Translations under genes and position numbers: made by a program | Shown: positions 32,830 through 43,475 of the stretch, piece by piece | Numbering within the stretch: the first letter of the stretch is position 1 | Layout of the letters: each line of letters starts with the position of its first letter | NCBI GenBank assembly: GCA_965226555.1 | Contig: CBDDDG010000021.1 | Location: forward strand, 32,001-96,000 | Reading direction: 5' to 3' | DNA length: 64,000 nucleotides | From: Salinispira sp. | GTDB lineage: Bacteria > Spirochaetota > Spirochaetia > DSM-27196 > Salinispiraceae | The notes under the pieces: model-generated | The model's database searches: none | Told to the model about the DNA's origin: nothing | Seen by the model: the letters and a program-made list of their open reading frames with translations, nothing else

Positions 32830-33451
32830 AAGAAGCCGGGCTGAAATGGTACTGGACCTGGCTGTGAATAAGTCTGTCATCATCGAAAAGAAAATATCCT
32901 GAGAATTTATTTCCTGCCAGCGCGTGGGGCAGCCAGATTCTGTCATCGAACCACATCCGATCATAGGGAAGATTCTGTACCGGGCACCAGAATGGCTTGG
33001 CCTCGTCTGTTTCTATGAGCTCGCCTGAAAAATGGTATGCCCAGAAAACCTCAGCATATAAGGTATACCCATCGGTAAACGAAAAATACAAGCGGCCGCG
33101 GATCTCCACATTGTGGGGAGTAAGTCCAATTTCTTCCCCGCATTCCCGAATAGTTGCCTGAACGAAGCTTTCTCCCTGTTCCAGTTTTCCCCCGGGCCCA
33201 TTCACCTTTCCTGCGCCAAGCCCCCGTTTTTTTTCTATGAGGAGAAGTTCGCTGGCGGCGGCGGGGGCGGGTTGGGTGGTGGCTCGCTGAGCGGGGGCGC
33301 GCTGGGCAGCATCAGGCTGAATTGAGTCGCGCTGAATGTACAGAAGCACAGCCCTGTCATCAGGAGAAAAATGGGAGAGCTCCGCAAGAGAGGTATTGAG
33401 AGTATCCAGATCATGCGAGGGGGTCATATCGGCAATTTTCGGGTGGGACAT
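32771..33451 (-). CDS. Nudix hydrolase (8-oxo-dGTPase, MutX-like)
   Basis: GGKLEQGESFVQATIRECGEEIGL; LPYDRMWFDD. Confidence 0.88.
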   Translation of the reverse strand: MSHPKIADMTPSHDLDTLNTSLAELSHFSPDDRAVLLYIQRDSIQPDAAQRAPAQRATTQPAPAAASELLLIEKKRGLGAGKVNGPGGKLEQGESFVQATIRECGEEIGLTPHNVEIRGRLYFSFTDGYTLYAEVFWAYHFSGELIETDEAKPFWCPVQNLPYDRMWFDDRIWLPHALAGNKFSGYFLFDDDRLIHSQVQYHFSPASFSPAPPKNPQKNSAQSNAP

Positions 33452-33535
33452 ATAGTATTCCTGTCGTATTATTGAATAGATTAAAAATATAATGTAGTGT
33501 ACAGTAATGCTACCGTATTAGAAAGGGGGAGTTAC

Positions 33536-35710
33536 ATGATTGGACTTGTTGTTATTGCTATTTTTGCAGCGCTGAGTTTTGCCTTGATCAATTATATTGG
33601 GGTTCGACGGCTTGAACCGGGAACCGAATTGATGATTGAAATTTCAGGCGCTATTCGGGAGGGCGCGGATGCATTTATTCGTCACGAATACCGCATTATT
33701 TTTTCTATTGTATGCCTTATTGCTCTTGGGCTTGCTCTGCTGGTGAGCTGGTACACGGGGGTAAGCTTCATTCTCGGCGCCTTCATGAGCGCATCGGCAG
33801 GATGGATCGGCATGAAAATTGCCACCATTACCAATGTCCGTGTGTCAAATGTTGCGCGGAAAAGCGAGGAGATCGGGCCGACGCTTCAGGTTGCTTTTCG
33901 AGGCGGCAGTGTCATGGGGCTCAGTGTGGGAGGATTTTCTCTCCTGGGGCTGTTCATAGTGTATGTTATTTTCGGCCGCATTCTGGGGCAGACCGATCCA
34001 GAGCAGATGAGGACTGTGAGTAATTTTCTTGATATCAGCTTTATTCCCTTTACCATGACGGTATCCGGCTATGCGCTCGGCTGCTCAATTATTGCCATGT
34101 TCGACCGTGTCGGCGGCGGTATATACACGAAGGCGGCCGATATGGGCGCCGATCTTGTTGGGAAAACAGAAGCAAACATTCCGGAAGATGATCCGAGAAA
34201 CCCGGCGACCATTGCCGATAATGTGGGCGATAATGTGGGCGATGTTGCCGGTCTCGGCGCCGATTTGCTTGAGAGCTATGTTGGAGCCATTATCTCCAGT
34301 GTTGTGCTCACCGCCTATATGTTTTTCACCACCAATGCCGGCGGCGGAAATTTCGATGATCATTTTATGACTCAGCTCATCCACTATCCCCTTATGTTTG
34401 CGGCCATCGGCATATTCGGCAGTATTGTGGGTATTGCCTTTCTGTTACTGAAAAAACCGGGAAGTAATCCGCACAAGGAGCTGAACATCTCTGTGTTTAC
34501 CGCTGCCTTTCTTACCCTCGGCGGCAGTATTGTTCTCACATGGTATCAGTTTACTGGTATTGACCCCTCCCAGTTTGCGCTTGTCGGGTTCCATCTCGGA
34601 TGGCTCAGCCCTTGGCTTGCTGCGGTTACGGGTATCGTGGTCGGCATCGTCATCGGGCAGCTTGCCGAGTACTATACCAGCTACCATTTCAAACCGACCA
34701 AACATATATCTGCCGCCAGCCGCGAAGGTACTGCCCTGAACATTACCGAGGGTATGGCAGTCGGCATGAAGTCAACATTTTTTCCCCTGCTTGTTCTCGC
34801 TCTGGCAGTTATCAGCGCCCACGCTATCGCCGGCCTCTATGGGGTGGCAATGGCGGCGATTGGAATGCTGAGTTTTGTTGTATCGACGGTAAGTGTCGAT
34901 ACCTATGGTCCCATAGCAGATAATGCCGGCGGTATTTCCGAAATGGCGAAACTTCCGCCCCGGGTGCGCGAAATTACCGATGAATTAGATTCAGTTGGGA
35001 ATACAACCGCCGCAATAGGGAAGGGTTTTGCCATTGGTTCAGCCGCCCTTGCCGCGCTCAGTCTCTTTGCTTCGTTTCTGTACAGTCAGGTAGGCAGCGA
35101 TAGCATTAATAGTTTCACCGGCTTGTTGCTGAACATGATTGATCCGCTTGTCCTTGCAGGCGCGCTGGTGGGTTCAGCCCTTCCGTATTTGTTCAGCGGT
35201 ATTCTCATTGAGGCGGTAGCAAAGGCTGCGCGGAAGATGGTTCAGGAAGTACGGCGCCAGTTTAAAGAGCATCCGCTTATTCTTACGGGCGAAGAAAAAC
35301 CAAACTATCGGGAATGTATTGAGATAAGCTCCGCTGGAGCTTTGAATGAAATGCGGGTTCCCGCCCTCATAGCGGTATTCACCCCCATTGTATCGGGCTT
35401 CCTGTTTGGGCCTGCCTTTGTTGGGGGCATGCTCATCGGTACGACACTCAGCGCCATTATGCTTGCCCTGTATTCAGCAAATTCGGGCGGCGCTTGGGAC
35501 AATGCGAAGAAGTACATTGAACAGGGACGCCATGGCGGTAAGGGTTCTGAGGCGCATTCAGCCGCAGTTATCGGCGACACGGTCGGTGATCCTCTCAAGG
35601 ATACCGTTGGTCCTTCTCTGGATATTCTCATAAAAATTATGGCTGTTGTTTCACTCATTATGGTATCGATCTTCAAGCGCTATAATATTCTCGATTTCCT
35701 GAATCTTTAA
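33536..35710 (+). CDS. hppA: Membrane pyrophosphatase, K+-dependent, probably Na+-translocating
   Basis: GGIYTKAADMGADLVGK, DNVGDNVGD, GNTTAA (Ala = K+-dependent), DLLESY. Confidence 0.93.
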   Translation: MIGLVVIAIFAALSFALINYIGVRRLEPGTELMIEISGAIREGADAFIRHEYRIIFSIVCLIALGLALLVSWYTGVSFILGAFMSASAGWIGMKIATITNVRVSNVARKSEEIGPTLQVAFRGGSVMGLSVGGFSLLGLFIVYVIFGRILGQTDPEQMRTVSNFLDISFIPFTMTVSGYALGCSIIAMFDRVGGGIYTKAADMGADLVGKTEANIPEDDPRNPATIADNVGDNVGDVAGLGADLLESYVGAIISSVVLTAYMFFTTNAGGGNFDDHFMTQLIHYPLMFAAIGIFGSIVGIAFLLLKKPGSNPHKELNISVFTAAFLTLGGSIVLTWYQFTGIDPSQFALVGFHLGWLSPWLAAVTGIVVGIVIGQLAEYYTSYHFKPTKHISAASREGTALNITEGMAVGMKSTFFPLLVLALAVISAHAIAGLYGVAMAAIGMLSFVVSTVSVDTYGPIADNAGGISEMAKLPPRVREITDELDSVGNTTAAIGKGFAIGSAALAALSLFASFLYSQVGSDSINSFTGLLLNMIDPLVLAGALVGSALPYLFSGILIEAVAKAARKMVQEVRRQFKEHPLILTGEEKPNYRECIEISSAGALNEMRVPALIAVFTPIVSGFLFGPAFVGGMLIGTTLSAIMLALYSANSGGAWDNAKKYIEQGRHGGKGSEAHSAAVIGDTVGDPLKDTVGPSLDILIKIMAVVSLIMVSIFKRYNILDFLNL

Positions 35711-35763
35711 GCAGCCGCGGAGGCTGCGAGCGGGAGCATGGACAGGACGCATGGGCGGGCGGA

Positions 35764-35991
35764 ATGAGACCTGAGGAAATTATTGCTGATATTTACCGGC
35801 AGCTTTGCGAAAAGCAGACACAGGGCGAGCGGCCGAAAGAGGTTCTTATGACACTTGAACAATACCGCCTGCTCAGCTGGTATCGGCGTTTTCTTGGCGA
35901 TATCGGGAAATCCGACTATCTGGACGATTATAACATTTTCGGTCTGGATATTCTTGTTGACAGAGGAATTGAAGGCCCCAGAGTCTGCTGA
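35764..35991 (+). CDS. Small hypothetical protein
   Basis: 75-aa ORF filling the gap between hppA and the convergent gene. Confidence 0.6.
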   Translation: MRPEEIIADIYRQLCEKQTQGERPKEVLMTLEQYRLLSWYRRFLGDIGKSDYLDDYNIFGLDILVDRGIEGPRVC

Positions 35992-36052
35992 TGCAGCCTC
36001 ATCATCAGGCGTATCAGGTCAATCCGCAGAAATCAAGCCAGAAAAATCGTGA

Positions 36053-37402
36053 TCATGAAGCAAGCAGTGAAAAAATGAAGCCCGGCAGGAGGAGCGCGCC
36101 CGCGATGAGGACGATGACGGGGATGTCGCGCAGCCGGAGGGTCAATTTTTCCGTGTCCGTTTGCGGGGGATGTTCGGAGAGTATGGAGAGAACGCGGTCG
36201 AGGCTCCCGATGAGGTTCTGCCGGTTTGCGCTGCGCCGGTGATCATATATCAATTCAAAATAATTCAGAGATGCGCTAATGAGTCGGCCGATGGTTCCGG
36301 GGAGTCTCAGGTTTTTCCGAATGGAAAACAGGGAGATGAAGACGAAGCCGATAACGCTGAGCCCGCGGTATAATCCGGCAAAGAGCGCTCCTTCGGTAAT
36401 GACAATGTTCCCAATGGCGAGGAGCACCCGCCCCTGCGGTATAAAAAGATGAAAAATACTCACCGTCACTATGAGAAACCCGAAATAGGCATAGAGGAGC
36501 CGTTTTCCCGAAGCCCGCGCGAGAACCCCGAGAATGAGAACCTGCGCAAGCCGGGGCAGGGGGTGTTCTACGCTGAGGAAGATCGGCAGCGAAATAATGC
36601 CTGCAATGAATGCCCCGGAGGTTGAGAGGTATTTTTGCAGAAGGGGTGTGCGGATTGGCGTTTTGAGCCCGCGCCCGCGCTCGTGTTTATGCCGCGATCT
36701 GCGCCCGCGCTCATGTTTATGCCGCGATATGCGCCAGCTCCTCATTGCAGCGTTGCCCGTTGCCTGCTCATGGGGTTGCGGCTGCGCTGGGGGCGGCGGC
36801 TCTGCTGCGCCGTTGCCCGTTGCCTGCTCGTGGGGCGGCGGAATGGATGCTGCGTGAGCGCGGGCAATGCCTTGTATGCGGTACTGTTCGTGAAACCAGC
36901 GGGAATGACGGGAGATATTATCAGCAAGAACGGCAATAATGATCCCTGCCGCAAATCCCAGTCCGTAAAAAAGAGGAAGAATGACCCAGGACTGCGCGCC
37001 GAAAATGAAACCAACCGAGAACAGCCCCTGCACCGTGTTACTTGCCAGAGCGCCTGCTAGGCTTATTCCGATGTAACTGGCTTTTTTCGAGCGATAAAGA
37101 AGATACATCAGCAAAAAAGATGCAAAGCTGCCCGTGAAACTGAACAGAAAAACATAGCTTGCGAGGGTGCCGTTTACCAGCGCCTGTCCGAGGGTTTTCA
37201 TGAGGGTGAGAAGCGCAAGCTGCCTGAAGTTCATGAGGGGAAGAGCGAGTATGATGGGGAGGTTTGCGAGCCCGAGCCGAAAGAAGGGTACCGGTCGGGG
37301 AAAAAGATACTCAAGAGTAGCGCAGAACATGCTGAACGCAGCAAATAACGCTATCTTCTCAAGAACGGCATCGGACAAGCCTGAATGCCCTTTCATATTC
37401 AT
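36053..37402 (-). CDS. Gx transporter family membrane protein with C-terminal EcfT-like TM region
   Basis: LEYLFPRPVPFFRLGLANLP, GISLAGALASN; low-complexity linker. Confidence 0.75.
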   Translation of the reverse strand: MNMKGHSGLSDAVLEKIALFAAFSMFCATLEYLFPRPVPFFRLGLANLPIILALPLMNFRQLALLTLMKTLGQALVNGTLASYVFLFSFTGSFASFLLMYLLYRSKKASYIGISLAGALASNTVQGLFSVGFIFGAQSWVILPLFYGLGFAAGIIIAVLADNISRHSRWFHEQYRIQGIARAHAASIPPPHEQATGNGAAEPPPPAQPQPHEQATGNAAMRSWRISRHKHERGRRSRHKHERGRGLKTPIRTPLLQKYLSTSGAFIAGIISLPIFLSVEHPLPRLAQVLILGVLARASGKRLLYAYFGFLIVTVSIFHLFIPQGRVLLAIGNIVITEGALFAGLYRGLSVIGFVFISLFSIRKNLRLPGTIGRLISASLNYFELIYDHRRSANRQNLIGSLDRVLSILSEHPPQTDTEKLTLRLRDIPVIVLIAGALLLPGFIFSLLAS

Positions 37403-37417
37403 GAGATATTACCCCGT

Positions 37418-37471
37418 GAAACTTTTGCATTGGGAAATTGCGCTTGCGCAATTTCCAGTAGCAAAACTTTG
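37418..37471. mobile_element. MITE copy with 5-bp TSD CCCGT
   Basis: CCCGT|GAAACTTTTGCATTGGGAAATTGCGCTTGCGCAATTTCCAGTAGCAAAACTTTG|CCCGT. Confidence 0.85.
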
Positions 37472-37485
37472 CCCGTGTTAAAAAC

Positions 37486-37559
<74 letters not shown>

Positions 37560-37694
37560 ATATACACAGTAAAATGCTAGCATATCGGCTTCCGGCTGTC
37601 AATTCAGGCAAACTTTTCGCCACCTAAAGTGCCGATGTACAACAGTGAACTCATCCGGCGCGGCGCGCAACAGTGAATATCTGTCTATGAGAAC

Positions 37695-37964
37695 TTATTT
37701 TAATGATGTTCCAATTATTGAACCCAGTACAGTGGTCAAAGTCGATGCCAAAACGGTAGTCATTATAATTGAGGATGGATTATTCGCATTATCACTAAGT
37801 ACTGACCACATTACAAAAAGTGGAAGAATAATGAGTATAAATACTAAAACCGAAACCAAACTACGTAATCGAAATGCCTGCCTTTTTTCCTCAGGTGTTA
37901 TTATGGGAGTAGATTTGTGTTTTGTCGTATAATTCTCAGAATTTTCAGCGCTTTTATCAGACAT
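37695..37964 (-). CDS. Small two-TM protein, putative PanT toxin
   Basis: Start overlaps the Panacea gene stop; hydrophilic N-terminus then two hydrophobic helices. Confidence 0.55.
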   Translation of the reverse strand: MSDKSAENSENYTTKHKSTPIITPEEKRQAFRLRSLVSVLVFILIILPLFVMWSVLSDNANNPSSIIMTTVLASTLTTVLGSIIGTSLK

Positions 37965-38406
37965 TGGCAAACTCTCTTTTTATATCTTCATGATTAATTA
38001 TTGCATTTTGCTTTTTGCTAATAGCCTTCCACCATGCGCCGTCCCTGTTGTGTACTAAATCTATTAATTCATACCCGTGCAAATGACCATAATTCTGAAT
38101 TGCTTCTACGACATTTTTGTCATCGGTGAGCGTATATTGCTTTCCGTCAGTAAATTTAAGATATGTTCGTATTATCTCGCTACCATAATATTTATAGGCC
38201 CTATATATACTCACAACAACAGGTCCATATTGCCATGCAGTAAATTCCAAATCATCTATTTTTTCGCCATCATTTTTCAGGTGCATGGCATAGCTCAAAT
38301 AAATGAGTTTTTGTAATTTGAGCGGACTAATAAATATGGCATTTTTTTCACAGGAGTTCAAAACAGAATTTGAATATGCTACTGCGGGAATGGTCAATGT
38401 GCTCAT
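37957..38406 (-). CDS. Panacea (DUF4065/SocA-like) antitoxin
   Basis: ISPLKLQKLIY, FTAWQYGPVV..IY, H.RDGAW. Confidence 0.85.
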   Translation of the reverse strand: MSTLTIPAVAYSNSVLNSCEKNAIFISPLKLQKLIYLSYAMHLKNDGEKIDDLEFTAWQYGPVVVSIYRAYKYYGSEIIRTYLKFTDGKQYTLTDDKNVVEAIQNYGHLHGYELIDLVHNRDGAWWKAISKKQNAIINHEDIKREFANV

Positions 38407-38423
38407 TACCTGCCTCCCAATAA

Positions 38424-38478
38424 GAATTTTTTTGCTACTGGAAATTGTGCAAGCACAATTTCCCAATGCAAAAGTTTC
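38424..38478. mobile_element. MITE copy upstream of Panacea gene 1
   Basis: TTTTGCTACTGGAAATTGTGCAAGCACAATTTCCCAATGCAAAAGTTTC. Confidence 0.75.
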
Positions 38479-38670
38479 TGTAATGATAATAAGAAAAAAG
38501 AGGAGAAGTGTAAACTAATTTCTTCGATAATTGTGGGATATCAAACGGCAGAAGAGAAATACAACGCGCATCATCAATGACAGAACCCCACTTGATAATT
38601 CCCCGATTTTTCACTATCCTCAATTTTGCTAGGAAATTTCGTCATTGGCAGAAGGTTTGCGGGAATTATA

Positions 38671-41655
38671 ATGGGAAACGAGCAGCAGATAGAAGCTGAG
38701 CTCCTGAATACACTTCAGGAGCTGAAATATGACTACAGAGATGATATTAAAGATAGGGCGGCGCTGGAGTCCAATTTTCGTGAAAAATTTGAGGCGCTCA
38801 ACAAAGTCCATCTGACCAATAGTGAGTTTGCGCGCCTTCTGGAGCACATTATTACTCCCGATGTCTTCGCTGCATCCAAAACCCTGCGATCGCTGAACGA
38901 CTTCCTGCGGGAAGATGAAACCCCGCTGAACTACACATTAGTGAACATTAAAGATTGGTGCAAAAACACCTTCGAAGTTGTGAACCAGCTCCGCATGAAC
39001 ACGGCGAACAGCCACCACCGCTACGATGTTGTGTTACTCATAAACGGTGTTCCGCTCGTGCACATTGAGTTAAAAAACCGCGCTGTCAGCCCGCAGAAAG
39101 CCATGCAGCAAATTGTCCAGTATAAAGATGATTACGGCAGCGGATACAGCCGAACATTAATGTGTTTCATGCAGATATTCATTGTCAGCAATGACACGAC
39201 CACCTGGTATTTTAGCAACAATAACAAACGCCACTTCGGCTTTGATGTCGATGAACACTTTCTGCCGCGGTATACATTTGCCGACCAGAATAACAAAAAA
39301 ATAACCCAGCTCAATTCCTTTGCAAAAGCATTCCTTGCCAAATGCGCGCTCGGAGAGATGATTAGCCGCTACATGGTACTTGTCGCAAGCGAACAGAAAC
39401 TTCTCATGATGCGCCCCTACCAAATATATGCGGTTAAAAGAATTGTGGAATCCATTCATAATAACTGCGGCAACGGGTACATCTGGCATACAACGGGGAG
39501 CGGAAAAACCCTGACATCCTTCAAGGCCTCCACCTTGCTGAAAGATAATGCGAGCATTGAAAAATGCCTATTTGTTGTTGACCGGAAAGATTTGGATCGC
39601 CAGACCCGCGAAGAGTTTAACCGCTTTCAGGAGGGCTGCGTGGAAGAAAACACAAACACGGAGGCCCTGGTTGAGCATCTGCTGTCAGATGACTATGCCG
39701 ACAAAGTAATTGTTACCACCATTCAGAAACTCGGGCTGGCATTGAGCGAAACAAACACGCGCAACTATAAAAAACGTCTGGAACCCCTGCGCAACAAACG
39801 GCTGGTATTCATTTTCGATGAATGCCACCGTTCGCAGTTTGGCGATAATCATAAGGCCATAAAAGAATTCTTCCCGAAATCGCAGCTCTTCGGTTTTACC
39901 GGAACCCCCATTTTTGCCGATAACGCAGCGCACATAACAATTGACGGAGAAAAAGCATCGTACAAGACCACTGCCGATCTATTTCACAATGAACTGCACG
40001 CCTACACCATTACGCACGCCATTGAAGATGACAATGTTCTTCGTTTTCATGTCGATCATTACCAGCCGGAGGGCGCAAACAGCCCCCGCCCGGGCACTCA
40101 CGCGGCGAAAGAGGCTATTGTTGAAACCATTTTGAAAAGGCACAACGCCATGACACGCAACCGTAAATTCAATGCCCTCTTAGCAACTGCCGGCATTAAC
40201 GATGCCATTGACTACTACAATCTGTTCAAAGAGATACAGAAACACCGGAAGACAGATGACGACAGTTTCATGCCATTGAACATTGCATGCGTGTTCTCTC
40301 CGCCCGCGCAGGGAAGCTCCCCCGAGAACGCACAGGACATTACACAAATTCAGGAAGACCTGCCGCAGGAGAAAAAAGATAATGCTGTGGAACCGGAAAA
40401 AAAGAAAAAAGCGCTCAGTTCCATTATTGCGGACTATAATGCCCGGTACAACACCAACCACAGCATCAATACATTCGATCTCTACTATCAGGATGTGCAA
40501 AAACGCATTAAGGATCAGCAATTTTCGAACTCCGATCTGCCGCATAATGAGAAGGTGGATATTGTGATTGTTGTTGATATGCTGCTCACCGGCTTCGACT
40601 CCAAATTTCTGAACACCCTGTATGTCGACAAGAACCTAAAATATCAGGGGCTCATTCAGGCGTTTTCACGAACAAACCGCATATTAAATGCAACGAAACC
40701 CTTTGGCAGCATTCTGGATTTTCGCCAACAGCAGAATGCGGTGAACACTGCCATTGTTCTCTATTCCGGCGAGGCCGGCGAGCGCGCAAAGGAAATATGG
40801 CTGGTTGATGAGGCGCCGACGGTTATTGAAAAATTGGAACAGGCCCTTACAGAGTTGAGCAATTTTATGCGGTCCCAGGGGCTGGAGTGCAATCCTTCAG
40901 AAGCGGCGAACCTCAAAGGAAATGCCGCCCGCGGTCAATTCATTAATTTGTTCAAGGAAGTCCAGCGCCGCGCAACCGAGCTTGATCAATATACCGACCT
41001 CACCGAAGAACACAGGCAGAGCATTGACAATGCAATATCGCCCGAGAATTTGCAGGGGTTCAGGGGCGTGTATCTTGACATGGCGCGGACGCTGAAGGAG
41101 CAGCGCGATGAGGAAGGCGAGCCGGATGATCCCGACACGAATGACCTCGATTTTAAGTTCGTTCTGTTTGCCTCGGAGCTCATCGATTATGATTACATTA
41201 TGAAGCTCATTGCCGAATACACGAACGCGCCGCCGGAGAAGAAAAAAATGAATCGCGAGCAGTTGCTTGCTCTCATTCAAGCCGATGCCAAGTTTCTGGA
41301 TGATCGTGATGATATTGCCGACTATATTGATACCCTCGCCGTCGGTGAGGGCTTAAGCGAAAAACAGATTAGGGACGGCTACGAATCCTTCAAGAACCAG
41401 AAGAATGAAGACAGGCTGGCAAACATTGCTGCCAATTACGGTATAGAAAACGCTGACTTGCAAAAGCTTGTCGCTCTCATTCTGCGGCGCATGATTTTTA
41501 ACGATGAGGACTTAACCGCCCTGTTCATGCCATTGGAACTCGGCTGGAAGGAGCGCGGGCGCAAAAAGCAGGCAATGATGCGGGAGCTCATTCCGATCCT
41601 GCGCAAACAAGCACATGGCCGCGAAATTTCAGGGCTGGACGTGTATGACTACTAA
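38671..41655 (+). CDS. hsdR: Type I restriction enzyme R subunit
   Basis: DVVLLINGVPLVHIELK, HTTGSGKT, DECHR, FTGTP, IQAFSRTNR. Confidence 0.96.
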   Translation: MGNEQQIEAELLNTLQELKYDYRDDIKDRAALESNFREKFEALNKVHLTNSEFARLLEHIITPDVFAASKTLRSLNDFLREDETPLNYTLVNIKDWCKNTFEVVNQLRMNTANSHHRYDVVLLINGVPLVHIELKNRAVSPQKAMQQIVQYKDDYGSGYSRTLMCFMQIFIVSNDTTTWYFSNNNKRHFGFDVDEHFLPRYTFADQNNKKITQLNSFAKAFLAKCALGEMISRYMVLVASEQKLLMMRPYQIYAVKRIVESIHNNCGNGYIWHTTGSGKTLTSFKASTLLKDNASIEKCLFVVDRKDLDRQTREEFNRFQEGCVEENTNTEALVEHLLSDDYADKVIVTTIQKLGLALSETNTRNYKKRLEPLRNKRLVFIFDECHRSQFGDNHKAIKEFFPKSQLFGFTGTPIFADNAAHITIDGEKASYKTTADLFHNELHAYTITHAIEDDNVLRFHVDHYQPEGANSPRPGTHAAKEAIVETILKRHNAMTRNRKFNALLATAGINDAIDYYNLFKEIQKHRKTDDDSFMPLNIACVFSPPAQGSSPENAQDITQIQEDLPQEKKDNAVEPEKKKKALSSIIADYNARYNTNHSINTFDLYYQDVQKRIKDQQFSNSDLPHNEKVDIVIVVDMLLTGFDSKFLNTLYVDKNLKYQGLIQAFSRTNRILNATKPFGSILDFRQQQNAVNTAIVLYSGEAGERAKEIWLVDEAPTVIEKLEQALTELSNFMRSQGLECNPSEAANLKGNAARGQFINLFKEVQRRATELDQYTDLTEEHRQSIDNAISPENLQGFRGVYLDMARTLKEQRDEEGEPDDPDTNDLDFKFVLFASELIDYDYIMKLIAEYTNAPPEKKKMNREQLLALIQADAKFLDDRDDIADYIDTLAVGEGLSEKQIRDGYESFKNQKNEDRLANIAANYGIENADLQKLVALILRRMIFNDEDLTALFMPLELGWKERGRKKQAMMRELIPILRKQAHGREISGLDVYDY

Positions 41656-42892
41656 CAAAACGCAGAAGGCACTGGTTCCGAAACTGCGCTTTCCTGAATT
41701 TCGGGAATCTTTAGGCTGGACAACTAAAGCAGGAAACCAAATATTTTCACAAATAAGTAATAAAAATCACGATTCAAATTTGTCAGTATTGGCAATTACA
41801 CAGGAGCATGGTGCAATTCCAAGAAATCAAATCAATTACCATGTATCTGTTAGTAAGGAAAGTATTGATGGATATAAAGTCGTAGAGATCGGGGACTTCA
41901 TAATTAGTTTGAGATCTTTTCAAGGAGGCATTGAATACTCAAAATATCAAGGATTATGTAGCCCCGCGTATATAATTCTTAGAAACAGAACAGGAATTAT
42001 GAATGACTATTTTATTCATCTATTTAAAACAAAACATTTTATTCGGGATATGGCTAAAAATATTGAGGGCTTACGTGATGGTAAAATGGTTAGTTATAAA
42101 CAATTTTCTGAATTAATGCTGCCTTATCCATTAGCCGAAAAAGAACAACAAAAAATTGCACATTGTCTGTCTTCTATTGATAAGGTCATTGAACTGGAAG
42201 GGCAAAAGCTGAATGCCCTGCGTGATCATAAAAAGGGCCTCCTGCAAAACCTTTTTCCCGCTGAGGGTAAAACACTTCCGAAATTTCGCTTTCCGGAGTT
42301 TCGGGATAGTTCAAAATGGATAATTAAGACATTGGATGAAAATCTGATTCAACGAAGTCAAAGAAATAAGGAATCAAAATATAATCGAATTCTTAGTGTG
42401 AACAATACGAAAGGGTTTATTTTACAATCTGAACAATTTGTGGATAAACAGGTAGCAAGTAATGATTTATCACCGTACAAAATAGTTCATAAAGGTTGGA
42501 TAGCCTATAACCCTTCAAGAATAAATATTGGATCCATTGCGATCTTAGAACAATTTGAAGCTGGAATTGTCAGCCCTATGTATGTGGTTTTTGAGGTGCA
42601 AGAAGATAAAATAAATCCATATTTTCTGTTATATTTTGTAGATACTCATACATGTAATCAAAAAATTAAAATGGCGTGTTCCGGTAGCGTTCGCGATACA
42701 TTATCGTTTGAAGCGCTATGTAATCTCGAAATTGCATTGCCAAGGAAAAAAGAACAACAAAAAATCGCTGAGTTCTTATCTACAGCGGATAACATGATCA
42801 CCGCGCAGGAACAAAAGATCGCATCATTAAAAGCGCATAAAAAAGGCCTCTTGCAGCAACTTTTTCCCAACCCTGAGGAGGTCGCTAAATGA
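41645..42892 (+). CDS. hsdS: Type I R-M specificity subunit
   Basis: Duplicated PK(L/F)RFPEF and EQQKIA...KKGLLQ.LFP around two AT-rich TRDs. Confidence 0.95.
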   Translation: MTTNKTQKALVPKLRFPEFRESLGWTTKAGNQIFSQISNKNHDSNLSVLAITQEHGAIPRNQINYHVSVSKESIDGYKVVEIGDFIISLRSFQGGIEYSKYQGLCSPAYIILRNRTGIMNDYFIHLFKTKHFIRDMAKNIEGLRDGKMVSYKQFSELMLPYPLAEKEQQKIAHCLSSIDKVIELEGQKLNALRDHKKGLLQNLFPAEGKTLPKFRFPEFRDSSKWIIKTLDENLIQRSQRNKESKYNRILSVNNTKGFILQSEQFVDKQVASNDLSPYKIVHKGWIAYNPSRINIGSIAILEQFEAGIVSPMYVVFEVQEDKINPYFLLYFVDTHTCNQKIKMACSGSVRDTLSFEALCNLEIALPRKKEQQKIAEFLSTADNMITAQEQKIASLKAHKKGLLQQLFPNPEEVAK

Positions 42893-42900
42893 CTCTATGT

Positions 42901-42969
42901 GCTGAGCATTCTCGCATTTTGTAGAAAGTTTTGCTACTGGAAATTGTGCTTGCACAATGCAAAAGTTTC
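42901..42969. mobile_element. MITE copy just after hsdS
   Basis: Inverted GAGAATGCT linker plus GAAAGTTTTGCTACTGGAAATTGTGCTTGCACAATGCAAAAGTTTC. Confidence 0.75.
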
Positions 42970-43010
42970 TTATAGTTTTTTATGGTATATTATATGTATC
43001 GGGAGGTGCT

Positions 43011-43475
43011 ATGAATATTGATACAGTGGTTAATGTCATTCTTCAATTAGCGAATAAGAAAAAACTTATTGTGCGGCCAATGAAATTACAAAAACTTCTT
43101 TGGTTTGCTCATGGTTGGTATATGGTATGGAATAAAGATTCAGAATTAAAGGGATTAATTTCTCATTCTTTTGAAGCATGGCCGTATGGACCTGTTATTC
43201 CTTCTGTTTATCATGAGTTCAAACATTTTCGTTCCAATCCTATTGATGATTTTATGTATAGAAATAATGATGAGTACTATACATCTACCAATGCGCAGGT
43301 GAAATATGTTTGTGGAGAAGTTATACGAGTTTATGGAGAAATGACCGACATATACTTATCGGGTCTAACGCATAATTTAAATGGCGCGTGGTGGAAAGCC
43401 TTTTCAAAAGGCATGGGAAGTGTAATAGATCAATCGGATATTTTCGAGGAATTTAGTGAAAAATCAAGCGGATGA
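43011..43475 (+). CDS. Panacea (DUF4065) antitoxin, second copy
   Basis: PMKLQKLLWFAHG, FEAWPYGPVIPSVYHEFK, LTH..NGAW; RBS GGAGG. Confidence 0.88.
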   Translation: MNIDTVVNVILQLANKKKLIVRPMKLQKLLWFAHGWYMVWNKDSELKGLISHSFEAWPYGPVIPSVYHEFKHFRSNPIDDFMYRNNDEYYTSTNAQVKYVCGEVIRVYGEMTDIYLSGLTHNLNGAWWKAFSKGMGSVIDQSDIFEEFSEKSSG

